Shown piece by piece: positions 10,103 through 20,219 of a stretch of DNA of 64,000 nt. The stretch is taken from IMG/VR virus record IMGVR_UViG_3300042563_002756. One strand, 5' to 3'. The stretch comes from a virus. Each line of letters opens with the position of its first letter. Position 1 is the first letter of the stretch. The notes under the pieces were generated by a model that searched no databases, was not told the origin of the DNA, and saw nothing but the letters and a program-made list of their open reading frames with translations. The translations under genes were made by a program, and so were the position numbers.

Positions 10103-11650
10103 TTAAACCCAGGATTGAATGTTGGAACCTGTAGTTCCTACTCTAATCCATGTATCAGTTGCTACACAAACGTAAAGAAAATTTGTGTCATAAGATACAA
10201 GCCCAGAAAAACCTGACGAGTTAGGAAGTTTTGATCCTGTTCCAACTGCTACAGTGCCTGGTGGTCCCGACGGACCTGATGCTCCAGTGGGTCCAGTAGC
10301 TCCACTAGGACCTTGTGGTCCTGTAGCGCCAGATGGTCCACTAGGTCCTGTAGCGCCTACTCCTGATGGTCCACTAGGACCTGATGGTCCTGTTGGTCCA
10401 GTTGGTCCAACAAAGCCAATTCCGTTGGCGCCCGATGGGCCTGACGGTCCTGTCGGTCCTGTACTACCTGCGGGACCCTGCGGTCCTGTGGCACCTGCGC
10501 CCGATGGCCCAGTCGGACCTGATGGTCCTGCAACAGCACTTGCTGGACCCGGAGGGCCTGACGGTCCTGTTGCACCTTCTGGTCCTGTTGGACCCGACGG
10601 TCCTTGTGGCCCTGTAGCACCTGCACCTGTGGGTCCTACGTCACCTGGAATTCCTTGAGCACCTGACGGTCCTTGTGGGCCTTGTGGTCCCGTAGTACCA
10701 CCGCCGGTGCCGCCTGATATTGTAACCCATTCGGTGTCATACTCAGTGTTTGATGCTTTGGCTAGAACTTGTCCAGTAAATCCACCTACTGCTATGCCTG
10801 TGCCTGTGCTTCCAGGTGCGCCTGATGGTCCTGATGGTCCTGATGGGCCTGGCAAACCGGGGCTTCCCGGACTACCTGCAGGGCCTTGTGGTCCAGTAGG
10901 CCCTGCACCAGCAGTTGTACTAGTGTTGACCCATTTAGTACCGTCGTACTTTAAAAACTCTCCGCTAATAGGACTTGTTAGTGTTACATCAGTTAACGAG
11001 CTTAATGCAGTTACTCCCGGTGTTGCAGAACCTAAATTTACAACTCCGAATGTACCATACATGTCACTACTGTTTTCTGCGGCATAATATAGTGTAGATG
11101 GAGCGCCTAACGGTACAGCAAATGTAATTGTTCCCGTGGCTGTGCCATTATTAGTTACACCACTATTATATGTATTTTCAGTTCCTGTAGTAGCCGCAGT
11201 TTTAATCCATAACGGATACCCAGCAGCATTAACACTGAAGTTATATGTAAATCCTCTTACAAGGTTTAATGTAGGATCATTGAATCCTTCGATAATATAG
11301 TCTAAACTACCGTTGTTAGTAATAGTATATGTAATTCCAAACCCGCCACCTTCTGGTCCAGTTGGACCAGCGTCACCTTGCGGCCCTTGAGGACCAGAAG
11401 GCCCAGTTGGACCAGGTACTGTACTAGCATCGCCCTGCGGACCTTGTGGTCCTGTTGCACCTTCTGGTCCTTGTGGTCCAGCGCCACCAGCTACTCCGCC
11501 ATAGGCAAGAGTAGCCCAGGTCGAAGTGCCGCTGCCTATTTTAAATTGCCCTGTATCTGTTTCTAGGGCCATTTCTCCTTCGGCCAGGACAGGGTTTGCA
11601 GAACTCCATTCTGCAGCGGTACCTCTTCTAAGTTGAATTTGAACAGCCAT
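10103..11650 (-). CDS. collagen-like tail fibre/structural protein (515 aa) with conserved phage fibre N-terminal domain
   Basis: N-term [32 protein letters not shown]; multiple Gly-X-Y runs. Confidence 0.7.
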   Translation of the reverse strand: MAVQIQLRRGTAAEWSSANPVLAEGEMALETDTGQFKIGSGTSTWATLAYGGVAGGAGPQGPEGATGPQGPQGDASTVPGPTGPSGPQGPQGDAGPTGPEGGGFGITYTITNNGSLDYIIEGFNDPTLNLVRGFTYNFSVNAAGYPLWIKTAATTGTENTYNSGVTNNGTATGTITFAVPLGAPSTLYYAAENSSDMYGTFGVVNLGSATPGVTALSSLTDVTLTSPISGEFLKYDGTKWVNTSTTAGAGPTGPQGPAGSPGSPGLPGPSGPSGPSGAPGSTGTGIAVGGFTGQVLAKASNTEYDTEWVTISGGTGGGTTGPQGPQGPSGAQGIPGDVGPTGAGATGPQGPSGPTGPEGATGPSGPPGPASAVAGPSGPTGPSGAGATGPQGPAGSTGPTGPSGPSGANGIGFVGPTGPTGPSGPSGPSGVGATGPSGPSGATGPQGPSGATGPTGASGPSGPPGTVAVGTGSKLPNSSGFSGLVSYDTNFLYVCVATDTWIRVGTTGSNIQSWV

Positions 11651-11675
11651 GTTTGTATTCTTTCCGTATTATCAA

Positions 11676-11684
11676 TATTTATTA
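11676..11684 (-). promoter_or_regulatory. late-promoter-like TAATAAATA
   Basis: TAATAAATA 26 nt upstream of ATG 11650 (overlaps stop of upstream gene). Confidence 0.3.
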
Positions 11685-12104
11685 CACACCACCTGCATTG
11701 ATGGGTGTGATTCCACCATATATAGATGACGGTGTACCACCATCTAAATTTAAAATTCCTTCGCCACTTGCACCACTAGGACCCGATACTCCACTGGGAC
11801 CTGTAGGTCCAGGTACTCCTATTGGTCCTTGAGGACCCGTGGGACCTACAATACTATCGCCCTGTGGTCCTTGCGGACCTGTGGGACCAAAAACTCCCTG
11901 TGGTCCTTCTGGCCCTTGTGGTCCTTGCGGCCCTACAGGACCAGTAGGTCCTACAATCTGTATAGCAGCTTCGTTAACTAGAGTAATTAACTGCTCTAAT
12001 TCCATTTTCCTGGTTCTAGCAGGCTCGTAAGAGACATCAACAACTGGAACAATAAGTTGATCTGTTAATGTGCTTAAAAATGGTAAATTGGTGATTCTTG
12101 CCAT
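11682..12104 (-). CDS. small collagen-like structural protein (140 aa)
   Basis: [19 protein letters not shown]... Gly-X-Y run. Confidence 0.6.
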   Translation of the reverse strand: MARITNLPFLSTLTDQLIVPVVDVSYEPARTRKMELEQLITLVNEAAIQIVGPTGPVGPQGPQGPEGPQGVFGPTGPQGPQGDSIVGPTGPQGPIGVPGPTGPSGVSGPSGASGEGILNLDGGTPSSIYGGITPINAGGV

Positions 12105-12107
12105 AAA

Positions 12108-13190
12108 TTATTCTCGTTGTAAAGGTTGGTTATTTTCATCATCAAGGCGTACCCAACCTTCTGGACCAAATAGGTAACCATCTATATCCATCAGATCCCC
12201 AACAGCATTTCTGTTGAATATTAGATATTTAGCTCCACTATTGTCTAAACTATTTTCCACAATTATTCGGTCAACTTCAAAATCAACAGTGTTAAACTTA
12301 AAATTATTAGATTTAATTCTATTTAGAATAATTCTGCTTTTATTAGGCAATGTGTAACATAAAGGAACAACCCTCATGTACGTCTTTGTTCTGTAATCAT
12401 TCGACTGCTGAGTTAACATAAATCTAGGCTGTAGTTGTTCATCTACGCTGATAGTCGACCAGTCTTGTAGTGTAATAGATTGTAGCTGTTTACGCATATT
12501 ATCTATACTTGCAGGGTAATATAATTCATCGTTGTGGTCAGTGTGTACTACAGAAGAGACGCTAATATCGGAATTATTAACTAATTCGTCAACTACTTCC
12601 ACATATATTAAATCGTATACGTGTGTTCCTGCAGAATTTTTAGCAATAGCGGATTTTACACCGCCTAATCTTATCTTCTTTTTATAAAAATTCTCTTGTA
12701 ATGCATATTGATATTCGTAGAGATTTAGTTGTTCTATACCAAAATCCAACGTTAGTTTAATACTTCTCTGGACTCCAAAGTTTGAATCGTAATATCTATA
12801 CATTAATAGCGGGTCAAATATAGTAGAGTCGTTGATAAAATTGTTAAATTGATTACGTTTAGTAACACTCAAAAAAGGTCTAATATAGATATCGGTATAC
12901 TTGATATTGTTGGGTTGCGTTACATTTAGAGTGAATGTCTGTGTTGATTCTTCGGTATTTGCAAGGTCAACAGCATTGATTATAAAAGTAAAGGTTCCCG
13001 AGGAATTATAATTTGCTCTACCAACTATGGTACCATCATGTTTTAAAGTTAGCCCGCTGGGAAGTTGCCCAGCTTTAAGCTCGTATTTTAACTCTGAACC
13101 TGACGATGTCTGTGTAGACTGCACAGAAATTTCACTAACATATCCAGTTTGAAGTGTACCTAGACTGCTAGTTGTCAACCATTTTAACAT
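12108..13190 (-). CDS. hypothetical structural-module protein (360 aa)
   Basis: ORF heading the collagen-like gene run; TATAAATC 22 nt upstream. Confidence 0.5.
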   Translation of the reverse strand: MLKWLTTSSLGTLQTGYVSEISVQSTQTSSGSELKYELKAGQLPSGLTLKHDGTIVGRANYNSSGTFTFIINAVDLANTEESTQTFTLNVTQPNNIKYTDIYIRPFLSVTKRNQFNNFINDSTIFDPLLMYRYYDSNFGVQRSIKLTLDFGIEQLNLYEYQYALQENFYKKKIRLGGVKSAIAKNSAGTHVYDLIYVEVVDELVNNSDISVSSVVHTDHNDELYYPASIDNMRKQLQSITLQDWSTISVDEQLQPRFMLTQQSNDYRTKTYMRVVPLCYTLPNKSRIILNRIKSNNFKFNTVDFEVDRIIVENSLDNSGAKYLIFNRNAVGDLMDIDGYLFGPEGWVRLDDENNQPLQRE

Positions 13191-13211
13191 TAAGAAATAC
13201 CCCTACGGTGA

Positions 13212-13219
13212 GATTTATA
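13212..13219 (-). promoter_or_regulatory. late-promoter-like TATAAATC
   Basis: one mismatch to TATAAATA, 22 nt upstream of ATG 13190. Confidence 0.3.
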
Positions 13220-13307
13220 GAGGTATTTACCTAAAAATACTCAAATAACAATAGCCTTAATTTTTAGAAAGTTAAATATATTATACTTTAATTAAAGGAA
13301 AAGTACC

Positions 13308-13676
13308 ATGGAAATTATTGTCGCAGTCGCAGTATTTGGCTTTGGATTATGGTGGGTCTTTTTAAGAACTCCTGCTGATACAAAACCATCTGCACCTTAT
13401 AAAATTGAAACTCCACCTGCACCGGAACCTGCTCCGGTTGTGGTAGAAACTGCACCTGCAGTTGTTACTGATACAGTAGTGGTAGTAGAAAATGCAGTCG
13501 TACCAGAAGCTGTAGTAGCAGAAGCTCCTGCTAAGAAGCCACGTACACCACGTGCTCCTAAAGTAGAAGCTCCTGTAGCAAAACCAGCCGCAAAAAAAGC
13601 AGCCCCTGTTAAGAAGGCTGCTGCTATTAAAGCTGCTCCTAAGAAACCAGCAACTCCGAGATCAAAGAAGGCTTAA
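13308..13676 (+). CDS. membrane-anchored low-complexity protein with histone H1/AlgP-like Lys-Ala-Pro repeat tail
   Basis: N-terminal hydrophobic helix (IIVAVAVFGFGLWWVFL), then APAPEPAPVVV and KKAAPVKKAAAIKAAPKKPATPRSKK repeats; AAAGGA RBS. Confidence 0.55.
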   Translation: MEIIVAVAVFGFGLWWVFLRTPADTKPSAPYKIETPPAPEPAPVVVETAPAVVTDTVVVVENAVVPEAVVAEAPAKKPRTPRAPKVEAPVAKPAAKKAAPVKKAAAIKAAPKKPATPRSKKA

Positions 13677-14690
13677 TTTTTTAGCTCGGTCGGCAAGGGC
13701 AACGCTCGCAAGGTTTTTGCCCTTTGCTTCTACCATAATATCATGGGTATCGAGGAAACTTAATGCCCATTCATTTACTGCGGTGTTCCACATAAAATTA
13801 CTGTGGGCTCGCAGTTTCTGCTTTTTGTGTCCGGCTTCTAATAGCTGTGCATAATCGGGCAGTGTTTTCTCACAATGTCCAGGTAGCCATTCTTCACGGC
13901 TAACAGAATAGTGCATAACGGGTCGAACACCCCGCCAGCTGTCAATCACACGTAGAACTCTATCGTCGGTGGGTTGAATGTAGTCTCCTGTACGGACCCA
14001 GTGATGGTGTACGTCAAGCACGAGGGCGCAATGTTTTTGCAGCTCAAGGCTGCTTTCGATTCCCCAGGCGTTCTCGTCGTTTTCAATTGTGATGCAGTTT
14101 CTTGCTTCGGGGGTAAGTCTTCCGAGTACATCCTTAATGCCTTGTGGACCTCTTCGACCCGAGATGTGGACGTTGATTTTAAAGTCTTGAAACGATTTAC
14201 CATATCCCATCCAGCGGGCCATATCCACATGATATTCAAACTCCTCTATCGACCTATTTACAATATCATCCGACTCACTTGCCAAGACAGTAAACTGACC
14301 AGGATGAAAGCTGAGCCTAACGCCGCCCTTGCGAGCCAGATCTCCCACGGCTCGAAATGCTCTTTCGCAATAGGCTCTAACATCGGATAGCCTGTAAAAG
14401 AACTGCCAATCGCGCTGAGTATACACAGGTAGTATATCGCTGCCGAGTCGTACCATTCTAAGATTTTCATCAAGTGCTCCTACACGTTCTACCAGTTTGC
14501 GAACAGCTTCAATGTTACCTTTAGTAAGGTCCCAAAGTTTTTCTTCTGCTACATTCTGGCTCTGTCTATTTAACCACGCAACGGTGGTAGAGCCAGTATT
14601 GTACTTTTTAGCATCGTCATTGGGCTTGATGCCATTAACTTGTGCAGGAGTGTCGATCCATTTGCAGGCAAATCCAATTTGTTTTTTCAT
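13662..14690 (-). CDS. uvdE: UV-damage endonuclease (UvdE/UvsE family TIM-barrel)
   Basis: SFHPGQFT, INVHISGRRG, ITIENDE, LVLDVHHHW, IMVEAKGKN blocks align with B. subtilis UvsE (SFHPNQFT, INIHIGGAYG, LTLENDD, FVFDFHHF, FMIEAKQKD). Confidence 0.8.
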   Translation of the reverse strand: MKKQIGFACKWIDTPAQVNGIKPNDDAKKYNTGSTTVAWLNRQSQNVAEEKLWDLTKGNIEAVRKLVERVGALDENLRMVRLGSDILPVYTQRDWQFFYRLSDVRAYCERAFRAVGDLARKGGVRLSFHPGQFTVLASESDDIVNRSIEEFEYHVDMARWMGYGKSFQDFKINVHISGRRGPQGIKDVLGRLTPEARNCITIENDENAWGIESSLELQKHCALVLDVHHHWVRTGDYIQPTDDRVLRVIDSWRGVRPVMHYSVSREEWLPGHCEKTLPDYAQLLEAGHKKQKLRAHSNFMWNTAVNEWALSFLDTHDIMVEAKGKNLASVALADRAKKLSLL

Positions 14691-15337
14691 GATATCAATC
14701 TTAAATGAGAGGGCGTTGTTATCCCAATTTCTGGAAAAAAGTTTTTTGTGTAAATGTCAAATGCAATTCCAACCCTTAAATTTCCCTGATAGGGCAATGT
14801 TTCGTGTGGCATAATGCAAGAAAAGAAATGTATGTCTCCTGTTTTATTTGGAATTTTTAAAATGTCTTTACCGTAATACACAGTATCACTAGGTGCATCA
14901 CCTTGTAAGAATAAGTTTCCACAGATTGTTTTAAACACATTCTTTTTAAACATGTCATTCTCAATAATCGGAGATGCATGGTGCATGTGTTTTTCTATTC
15001 TTTCTCCTTTTCGGAAAATATTAGCCCACATTTTAACATAGAATTCCTCCCCACCAATGATCTGTTTTGCAGATTCTAAAATCTTTTTAAGCAACGGATT
15101 TATTTGATTAGGAAGAAAATCAATTAAATTGTAATATTCGTGTCTAGTGGTAATAGAATTAACGGGTGCTTCTTTGTAATGTGACGGACCTAATCCAATA
15201 ATTTTACTTTCTAGTTTAACAATACTATCAGTAAGTGCATTACAATAAGTTTGATCTAGTACATTGACCCCGAGGATATTGTTTTTGAAATTCTCAATGC
15301 GGTCTTCGTAGACTATTTGGGTTTGTGCAACGACCAT
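14687..15337 (-). CDS. hypothetical protein, possible cupin/2OG-oxygenase-like fold (216 aa)
   Basis: HMHH ... E and PHE His-rich motifs; weak. Confidence 0.35.
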   Translation of the reverse strand: MVVAQTQIVYEDRIENFKNNILGVNVLDQTYCNALTDSIVKLESKIIGLGPSHYKEAPVNSITTRHEYYNLIDFLPNQINPLLKKILESAKQIIGGEEFYVKMWANIFRKGERIEKHMHHASPIIENDMFKKNVFKTICGNLFLQGDAPSDTVYYGKDILKIPNKTGDIHFFSCIMPHETLPYQGNLRVGIAFDIYTKNFFPEIGITTPSHLRLIS

Positions 15338-15480
15338 GAACCATCCTTGTTGTCAATCCATTCGAGGGTGTCGCCTTCTACCCAACCTTGCATATTGAGT
15401 AGTTCTTGAGGCAACGGCAAAATAAGATCCTTAGTATCGGGATCTTCTTCAAGTATTACTGTCCAAGAATGTTTAGTCAT
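15313..15480 (-). CDS. small ORF (55 aa) overlapping start of downstream gene
   Basis: MTKHSWTVILEEDPDTKDLILPLPQELLNMQGWVEGDTLEWIDNKDGSWSLHKPK; not in ORF track (<60 aa). Confidence 0.25.
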   Translation of the reverse strand: MTKHSWTVILEEDPDTKDLILPLPQELLNMQGWVEGDTLEWIDNKDGSWSLHKPK

Positions 15481-15488
15481 AGTATATT

Positions 15489-16424
15489 TTACACGATTGT
15501 ACGGAAATAGTCAATGGTTCTAACAAGTCCTTGTTCCAAATTGATTTTAGGTTCCCAATCGAGCATAGACTTTGCTACTGAAATATCCGGACGACGTTGC
15601 TTTGGATCGTCTTGAGGCAAAGGCATTTGAAGGATTTGGCTCTTGCTTCCGGTAAGTTCAATAACTTTATGTGCTAATTCCCACATGGTAAACTCTCCTG
15701 GATTGCCAGTATTGACAGGCCCGATAAAATTATCGTCGGTGTGGTTCATCATTGCCTGCATAGCATCCAAAAGATCATCAACATAGCAGAAACTACGAGT
15801 TTGCATACCATCACCGTAGATAGTAATGTCTTTGCCTTGTAGTGCTTGAACGATGAAATTACTAACTACTCTGCCATCATTTTGAGCCATTCTTGGGCCA
15901 TAAGTGTTGAAAATACGAACAATTTTGGCCTTAACATCGTGAGTACGGTAGTAGTCCATAAACAGTGTTTCTGCGGCACGTTTACCCTCATCGTAGCAAC
16001 TACGGATACCAATTGGATTTACATTGCCCCAATATGATTCCGGTTGTGGATGTACAGTTGGGTCACCGTAGCATTCACTGGTACTTGCCTGTAGAATCTT
16101 AGCACCAGTACGTTTGGCCAAACCTAGCATATTGTAGGCACCTAGCACACTGGTTTTCATTGTTTGGATAGGATCCCATTGATAATAATATGGACTTGCA
16201 GGGCAAGCCAAATTATAAATCTCATCAACTTCTACATATAATGGAAAGCAAACATCTTGTCGGATGACTTCAAAATTCTTGTTATCTAATAAATGAGCAA
16301 TATTGTTTTTGCTACCTGTAAAATAATTGTCCACACAAAGAACATGGTGTCCTTCGTTGACAAGCCGATCACATAAATGTGAACCTAAAAATCCTGCGCC
16401 GCCTGTTACTAATACTTTTTTCAT
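15489..16424 (-). CDS. UDP-glucuronate decarboxylase (UDP-xylose synthase, extended SDR)
   Basis: [26 protein letters not shown] catalytic motifs typical of UXS. Confidence 0.85.
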   Translation of the reverse strand: MKKVLVTGGAGFLGSHLCDRLVNEGHHVLCVDNYFTGSKNNIAHLLDNKNFEVIRQDVCFPLYVEVDEIYNLACPASPYYYQWDPIQTMKTSVLGAYNMLGLAKRTGAKILQASTSECYGDPTVHPQPESYWGNVNPIGIRSCYDEGKRAAETLFMDYYRTHDVKAKIVRIFNTYGPRMAQNDGRVVSNFIVQALQGKDITIYGDGMQTRSFCYVDDLLDAMQAMMNHTDDNFIGPVNTGNPGEFTMWELAHKVIELTGSKSQILQMPLPQDDPKQRRPDISVAKSMLDWEPKINLEQGLVRTIDYFRTIV

Positions 16425-16903
16425 TTGTTTCCTTTAATTAAATTAGGTGAGTACTGTGGCAATACATTACTAACTTCTGTTTCTTTTTTATTTTCTAGTT
16501 TAACGGTTCTATCTCTAAGTTCGCTAGAACTATAAACATGTTCTCTTTTATGATAGTGTAATTCTATACCGTTGTCAATACACCATTGCTTGCCTGTAAA
16601 ATCTCTATTTAGATATTCGTCACTGAGAAACCGAATATGAATAGTCTGTGTCTTAAGTAATTGTAACAGATCGAATTCGGTTTCGTATATTAAAATTTCA
16701 TCCACATATTTGCAGGCCTGTAATTGCACATATCTTTCATAGGCACTTTGAACAGGTTTATTTTTAACTCCAGGTCTATCTATTGAAGGATCAATTTGAA
16801 GTGCAACAACAAGATAATCGCATAACTGTTTCTCCATTTTAAGCATGGTTACATGACCTGCATGTAACAGATCAAAACTACTACAGTTAAATCCTATCTT
16901 CAT
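16421..16903 (-). CDS. cytidylyltransferase paralog 2 (HxGH nucleotidyltransferase)
   Basis: LLHAGH motif; paralog of 4138..4602 over whole length. Confidence 0.7.
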   Translation of the reverse strand: MKIGFNCSSFDLLHAGHVTMLKMEKQLCDYLVVALQIDPSIDRPGVKNKPVQSAYERYVQLQACKYVDEILIYETEFDLLQLLKTQTIHIRFLSDEYLNRDFTGKQWCIDNGIELHYHKREHVYSSSELRDRTVKLENKKETEVSNVLPQYSPNLIKGNK

Positions 16904-17034
16904 TCTGCGTCCTTTGGCGCTACAATTCCATATTGTTCATACATCCATTTAATAAATCTTTCAATTTCTTTACTTGGGTATGGATACGCTTTGTATGCTA
17001 TGGTTACTCTTTCTAACCAATCTTTATCTGTCAT
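16900..17034 (-). CDS. small ORF (44 aa), ATGA-coupled to cytidylyltransferase
   Basis: [44 protein letters not shown]. Confidence 0.3.
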   Translation of the reverse strand: MTDKDWLERVTIAYKAYPYPSKEIERFIKWMYEQYGIVAPKDAE

Positions 17035-17189
17035 GTTAGTTCCAGTGCCTTAATACACCTGCTACTATAAAGCAGTTTGTTATTATGTATGATAGCACAA
17101 TAAATGTGCGAAAGCAAGCAATTAGATCTGATTCCGAATCTGTATTGCCTGCTTTTTCTCCAAGGGCCTTAGCCCATAGTCTCCAAATG

Positions 17190-17696
17190 TTACGCAAATA
17201 GGTCTTCATTCCATTCACGATGTCCTTCACGGAACGCCATATTGGCCTGTGTTTCGCGTACTTCCACACGATAGCACCAAAGTCTTGCCGCTTCGCCCGG
17301 TCCCCACATCTCTGGAATGTAAACGCCGTTGACATATTTGTAGAGCATGTCACTTAATGCTTCACAACCGAGTGCTGGTAGAATGACAATCTTAGCCATG
17401 TTCTTTTCTTGTAGCATTTTGAATACTTCCATTTGAGGATCGTCTTGTGCAACAATTAAAGTATGATCGAATTGATCCTCTAATGTTTTCTTTAGTTCTT
17501 TTAAACCACCATAGTCAGCTGCCCAATTGCGGACATCTAGGTCGTTGGTGCCAAAGTAGAATTTCATGCTAAATGAATAGCCGTGAATTAGATTACAATG
17601 ACTATCACTGCGCCATTGGCGGTATGCACAGGGAAATGCATCGTGATATTCTTTTGTGCTTGTGTACTTGTATAGTACGGGTTGTAGATTTGCCAT
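17190..17696 (-). CDS. 6-pyruvoyl-tetrahydropterin synthase / QueD-like T-fold enzyme
   Basis: C-x3-HG(Y) motif (HCNLIHGYSF), size 168 aa; AAAGGAGA RBS. Confidence 0.55.
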   Translation of the reverse strand: MANLQPVLYKYTSTKEYHDAFPCAYRQWRSDSHCNLIHGYSFSMKFYFGTNDLDVRNWAADYGGLKELKKTLEDQFDHTLIVAQDDPQMEVFKMLQEKNMAKIVILPALGCEALSDMLYKYVNGVYIPEMWGPGEAARLWCYRVEVRETQANMAFREGHREWNEDLFA

Positions 17697-17796
17697 CTCT
17701 AGTCTCCTTTGTAAGGTAGCAAGTTTGACGACATGCAGAGTTTATAAAGCGGGATGAATGTGCGTGAAAGTCCGCTGCCTACTATTTATTATAGGC

Positions 17797-18381
17797 TTAT
17801 CGACGTGAAACAATTTTGTCGCAAAGACCATAAGCCAGTGCTTCATCTGCGCTCATAAATGTATCTCGATCCATATCACGCTCAAAATCGGGATAGCTTT
17901 TACCGGCGGTATTGTGTTCAACATACAATTTGGTTAACATGGTTTTCATTTGTGTGATTTCTTTGTATTGAATTTCAATATCACTCTGCATACCACGAGC
18001 ACCACCACTAGGCTGATGAATCATGTGACGAGCATGTGGCAACATAAAACGTTTACCTGGATGTCCTGCCTGTGCTAGGAAACTACCCATTGAACAAGCC
18101 TGACCCATAACATAGGTACACACATTTGGTTTGACAAACTGCATAACGTCATAGATAGCCATGCCACTTGTAATTACACCGCCTGGACTATTAATGTAAA
18201 AGTGAATATCCTTTTCGCTGTCTGAACTTTCCAAATGTAGGATCTGTGCTACAATTAGATTACTACTGTGATCATCGACTGGTCCATTCAAGAACACAAT
18301 ACGCTCATTAAGCAAGCGGCTAAAAATATCAAAGGCTCTTTCGCCTTGTCCGGTCTTCTCGACCACCATTGGTACTAACAT
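17797..18381 (-). CDS. clpP: ATP-dependent Clp protease proteolytic subunit ClpP
   Basis: INSPGG, catalytic Ser in GQACSMGS, His in MIHQP; full-length similarity to ClpP. Confidence 0.9.
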   Translation of the reverse strand: MLVPMVVEKTGQGERAFDIFSRLLNERIVFLNGPVDDHSSNLIVAQILHLESSDSEKDIHFYINSPGGVITSGMAIYDVMQFVKPNVCTYVMGQACSMGSFLAQAGHPGKRFMLPHARHMIHQPSGGARGMQSDIEIQYKEITQMKTMLTKLYVEHNTAGKSYPDFERDMDRDTFMSADEALAYGLCDKIVSRR

Positions 18382-18806
18382 TATTTGTATGCCTTATCAA
18401 GTGTTGTATTAGTCAGGCCAGCAATGACCTGGAAATTGTCCCACGCTTTTTTCACTGCGGGATTGCGATCTAGTTCTTCACTAGGTAAAACTGTTTCGAG
18501 CCATATTTCTGATCGACGAGCAGGATGTCTGCCAAACTTGCGAGGTTGGTGCAGTTTTCCATCTTCCCACAACATGATGCTGACACTACGGAACTTGTCC
18601 TCGTCGTCTTTATTGTTAAAGTCATAGTGACTCCACTCGGCATGGCTTGCACCTCCGAGGCAGTAGCCTTCCCAGATACCTGACCATTGTAGGTCATCTC
18701 GCGGGTCAAAATCTGTACGAGTAATTACTACCAGTACATCTTCTATGTCTACACGTTCTTCAACAATATCAAGAACGCAACGACTGTAACTTAGACCGAC
18801 TTTCAT
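18381..18806 (-). CDS. hypothetical protein (141 aa)
   Basis: ORF coupled to clpP. Confidence 0.45.
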   Translation of the reverse strand: MKVGLSYSRCVLDIVEERVDIEDVLVVITRTDFDPRDDLQWSGIWEGYCLGGASHAEWSHYDFNNKDDEDKFRSVSIMLWEDGKLHQPRKFGRHPARRSEIWLETVLPSEELDRNPAVKKAWDNFQVIAGLTNTTLDKAYK

Positions 18807-19012
18807 TCTTTAACTCCGAAATATTGTTTCATGTACCACCCTACAGATACACTAGGATCGTATTGCTCGTATCCCTGTTCTTTCAATTCACCAATCTGAG
18901 CACATTTGCAAATAATCAATTCGGCAAACTTTTCGGCGTGTTCGATGCCCATCCATTTACCGCTCGTATCAGTTCCAGCCTGTTTCATAAGTGTTTCAAT
19001 TTGTTCTCTCAT
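18803..19012 (-). CDS. small protein, member of KFAELI-RKC ... FGV paralog family
   Basis: EKFAELIICKCAQ ... YFGVKE; paralogs at 58665..58883 and 58880..59113. Confidence 0.5.
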   Translation of the reverse strand: MREQIETLMKQAGTDTSGKWMGIEHAEKFAELIICKCAQIGELKEQGYEQYDPSVSVGWYMKQYFGVKE

Positions 19013-19434
19013 TCTTTAAATCTTTCTGCATAACGGGCATCTGATTCTGCCCTGTGTGTAGGACACAATGTTTTAATCCAACCTTTACCACCTGCTGTGC
19101 CAGGAGCACCGCAAGTTTCACAACTCTTGTCAGCCCATGCTTCTGCCATACGTACCATACCACTAATTTGATCGTCGCCACCTTGATAGTAGAACCGCAA
19201 TCCGCCAAACTTTTCTTTGATCTGTTCTACTACTACCTGTTCAATAACAGGGCGAGTTTCGCGGTTCTTATTCCACCAGTCAGTGTGGCTTTGGATATTG
19301 GCACATAGGCTTTCGATAATAGGCCACCATCCTTCACCTACAGCAAACCCACCGTAGGATTGTGAGAACATCTTTGGATACTTCTCTTCCATGCTTTTGG
19401 CAAATGCTTCGTACTTGTCTATATCACGATTCAT
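19009..19434 (-). CDS. hypothetical protein with C-terminal Cys/His cluster (141 aa)
   Basis: CETCGAPGTAGGKGWIKTLCPTH. Confidence 0.45.
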   Translation of the reverse strand: MNRDIDKYEAFAKSMEEKYPKMFSQSYGGFAVGEGWWPIIESLCANIQSHTDWWNKNRETRPVIEQVVVEQIKEKFGGLRFYYQGGDDQISGMVRMAEAWADKSCETCGAPGTAGGKGWIKTLCPTHRAESDARYAERFKE

Positions 19435-19669
19435 TTTCTTTATCCTGTTCGTAGGCTTTTACCATTCGATATAACGGTTCCATGCGTTCAGAAAATACAT
19501 CGGGGCAATTTTCAGCAGCTCGTTTCATATCCCACGCACTGGGATAATGTCTAAGACAATACCTAGCATTATCCTTAATGGCTTTAGGAACTCGAGGAGT
19601 ATTAAGAATTTCTACTAAAAACTCTTGAGTCCTTACTACTGCTCGATATCTTTCATCAGGTAATGTCAC
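19424..19669 (-). CDS. hypothetical protein (81 aa)
   Basis: ORF. Confidence 0.4.
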   Translation of the reverse strand: MTLPDERYRAVVRTQEFLVEILNTPRVPKAIKDNARYCLRHYPSAWDMKRAAENCPDVFSERMEPLYRMVKAYEQDKENES

Positions 19670-20219
19670 GACTGGCCTTCCATTGATCGGCCTTGTCCTT
19701 CATACCTTCTGGGTCACGCTTGTAGTCTTCAAGCACTGCTCGAAGAGCTTCTTCTATGAACTGGTTAAATGTCATATCACGTTCGTGTGCTAGCTTCATA
19801 TATTTTAACAGCTCTTCGTCTGTAAAGTCTACAGGAACACTAACACGAGTATCATAATCCTCGCCTGCGGCAATGGCCAGAGCCTTTTGCATAAAGTCGT
19901 CATCGGCCTCGAGATCTACATAGTTGACATCTTCCCAGGCCTCATCCGGCACCCTGCGATTAGCAGTTTCTTTTGCATGAGCCGAGGCATAGTCGGAATT
20001 GATCATACGGTAGGCTCGACCGTTACGGAAGTCGTGTGCCTCTACTTGATAAACTTCTTGAGTCTTAGTATCAAAGGTGATAGTAAAACTATGACCCTCT
20101 TGGTCACCATTCCAACTGTCGAGTTGATACACGTCATCTCCAAAACACCTCCACCCATAGGTGCTACCTTCGGTAATACGGTAATCGACAAGTTCCATCC
20201 ATTCTTTAACTGTTAGCAT
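19656..20219 (-). CDS. hypothetical protein (187 aa)
   Basis: ORF. Confidence 0.45.
   Translation of the reverse strand: MLTVKEWMELVDYRITEGSTYGWRCFGDDVYQLDSWNGDQEGHSFTITFDTKTQEVYQVEAHDFRNGRAYRMINSDYASAHAKETANRRVPDEAWEDVNYVDLEADDDFMQKALAIAAGEDYDTRVSVPVDFTDEELLKYMKLAHERDMTFNQFIEEALRAVLEDYKRDPEGMKDKADQWKASRDIT

Noticed and set aside
7612-11566. Multiple plus-strand ORFs (for example 7612..7875, 8011..8337, 8458..8646, 9657..9887, 10254..10658, 10707..11087, 11378..11566) inside the collagen-like genes
   Set aside because: They are antisense read-through of GGN/CCN-rich Gly-Pro codon repeats, giving Pro/Ala/Val-rich or Ser/Leu-rich nonsense frames. The minus-strand genes have clear Gly-X-Y periodicity, promoters and a conserved C-terminal domain.
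13946-14390. ORFs 13946..14239 (-) and 13974..14390 (+) inside the UvdE gene
   Set aside because: They are fully contained in a gene with strong full-length homology; alternative-frame artefacts.
17036-17353. 105-aa ORF overlapping the PTPS/QueD-like gene
   Set aside because: It overlaps 17190..17353 in a different frame, has a low-complexity, unconvincing translation and no RBS. The PTPS-like frame has the family motif and an AAAGGAGA RBS.
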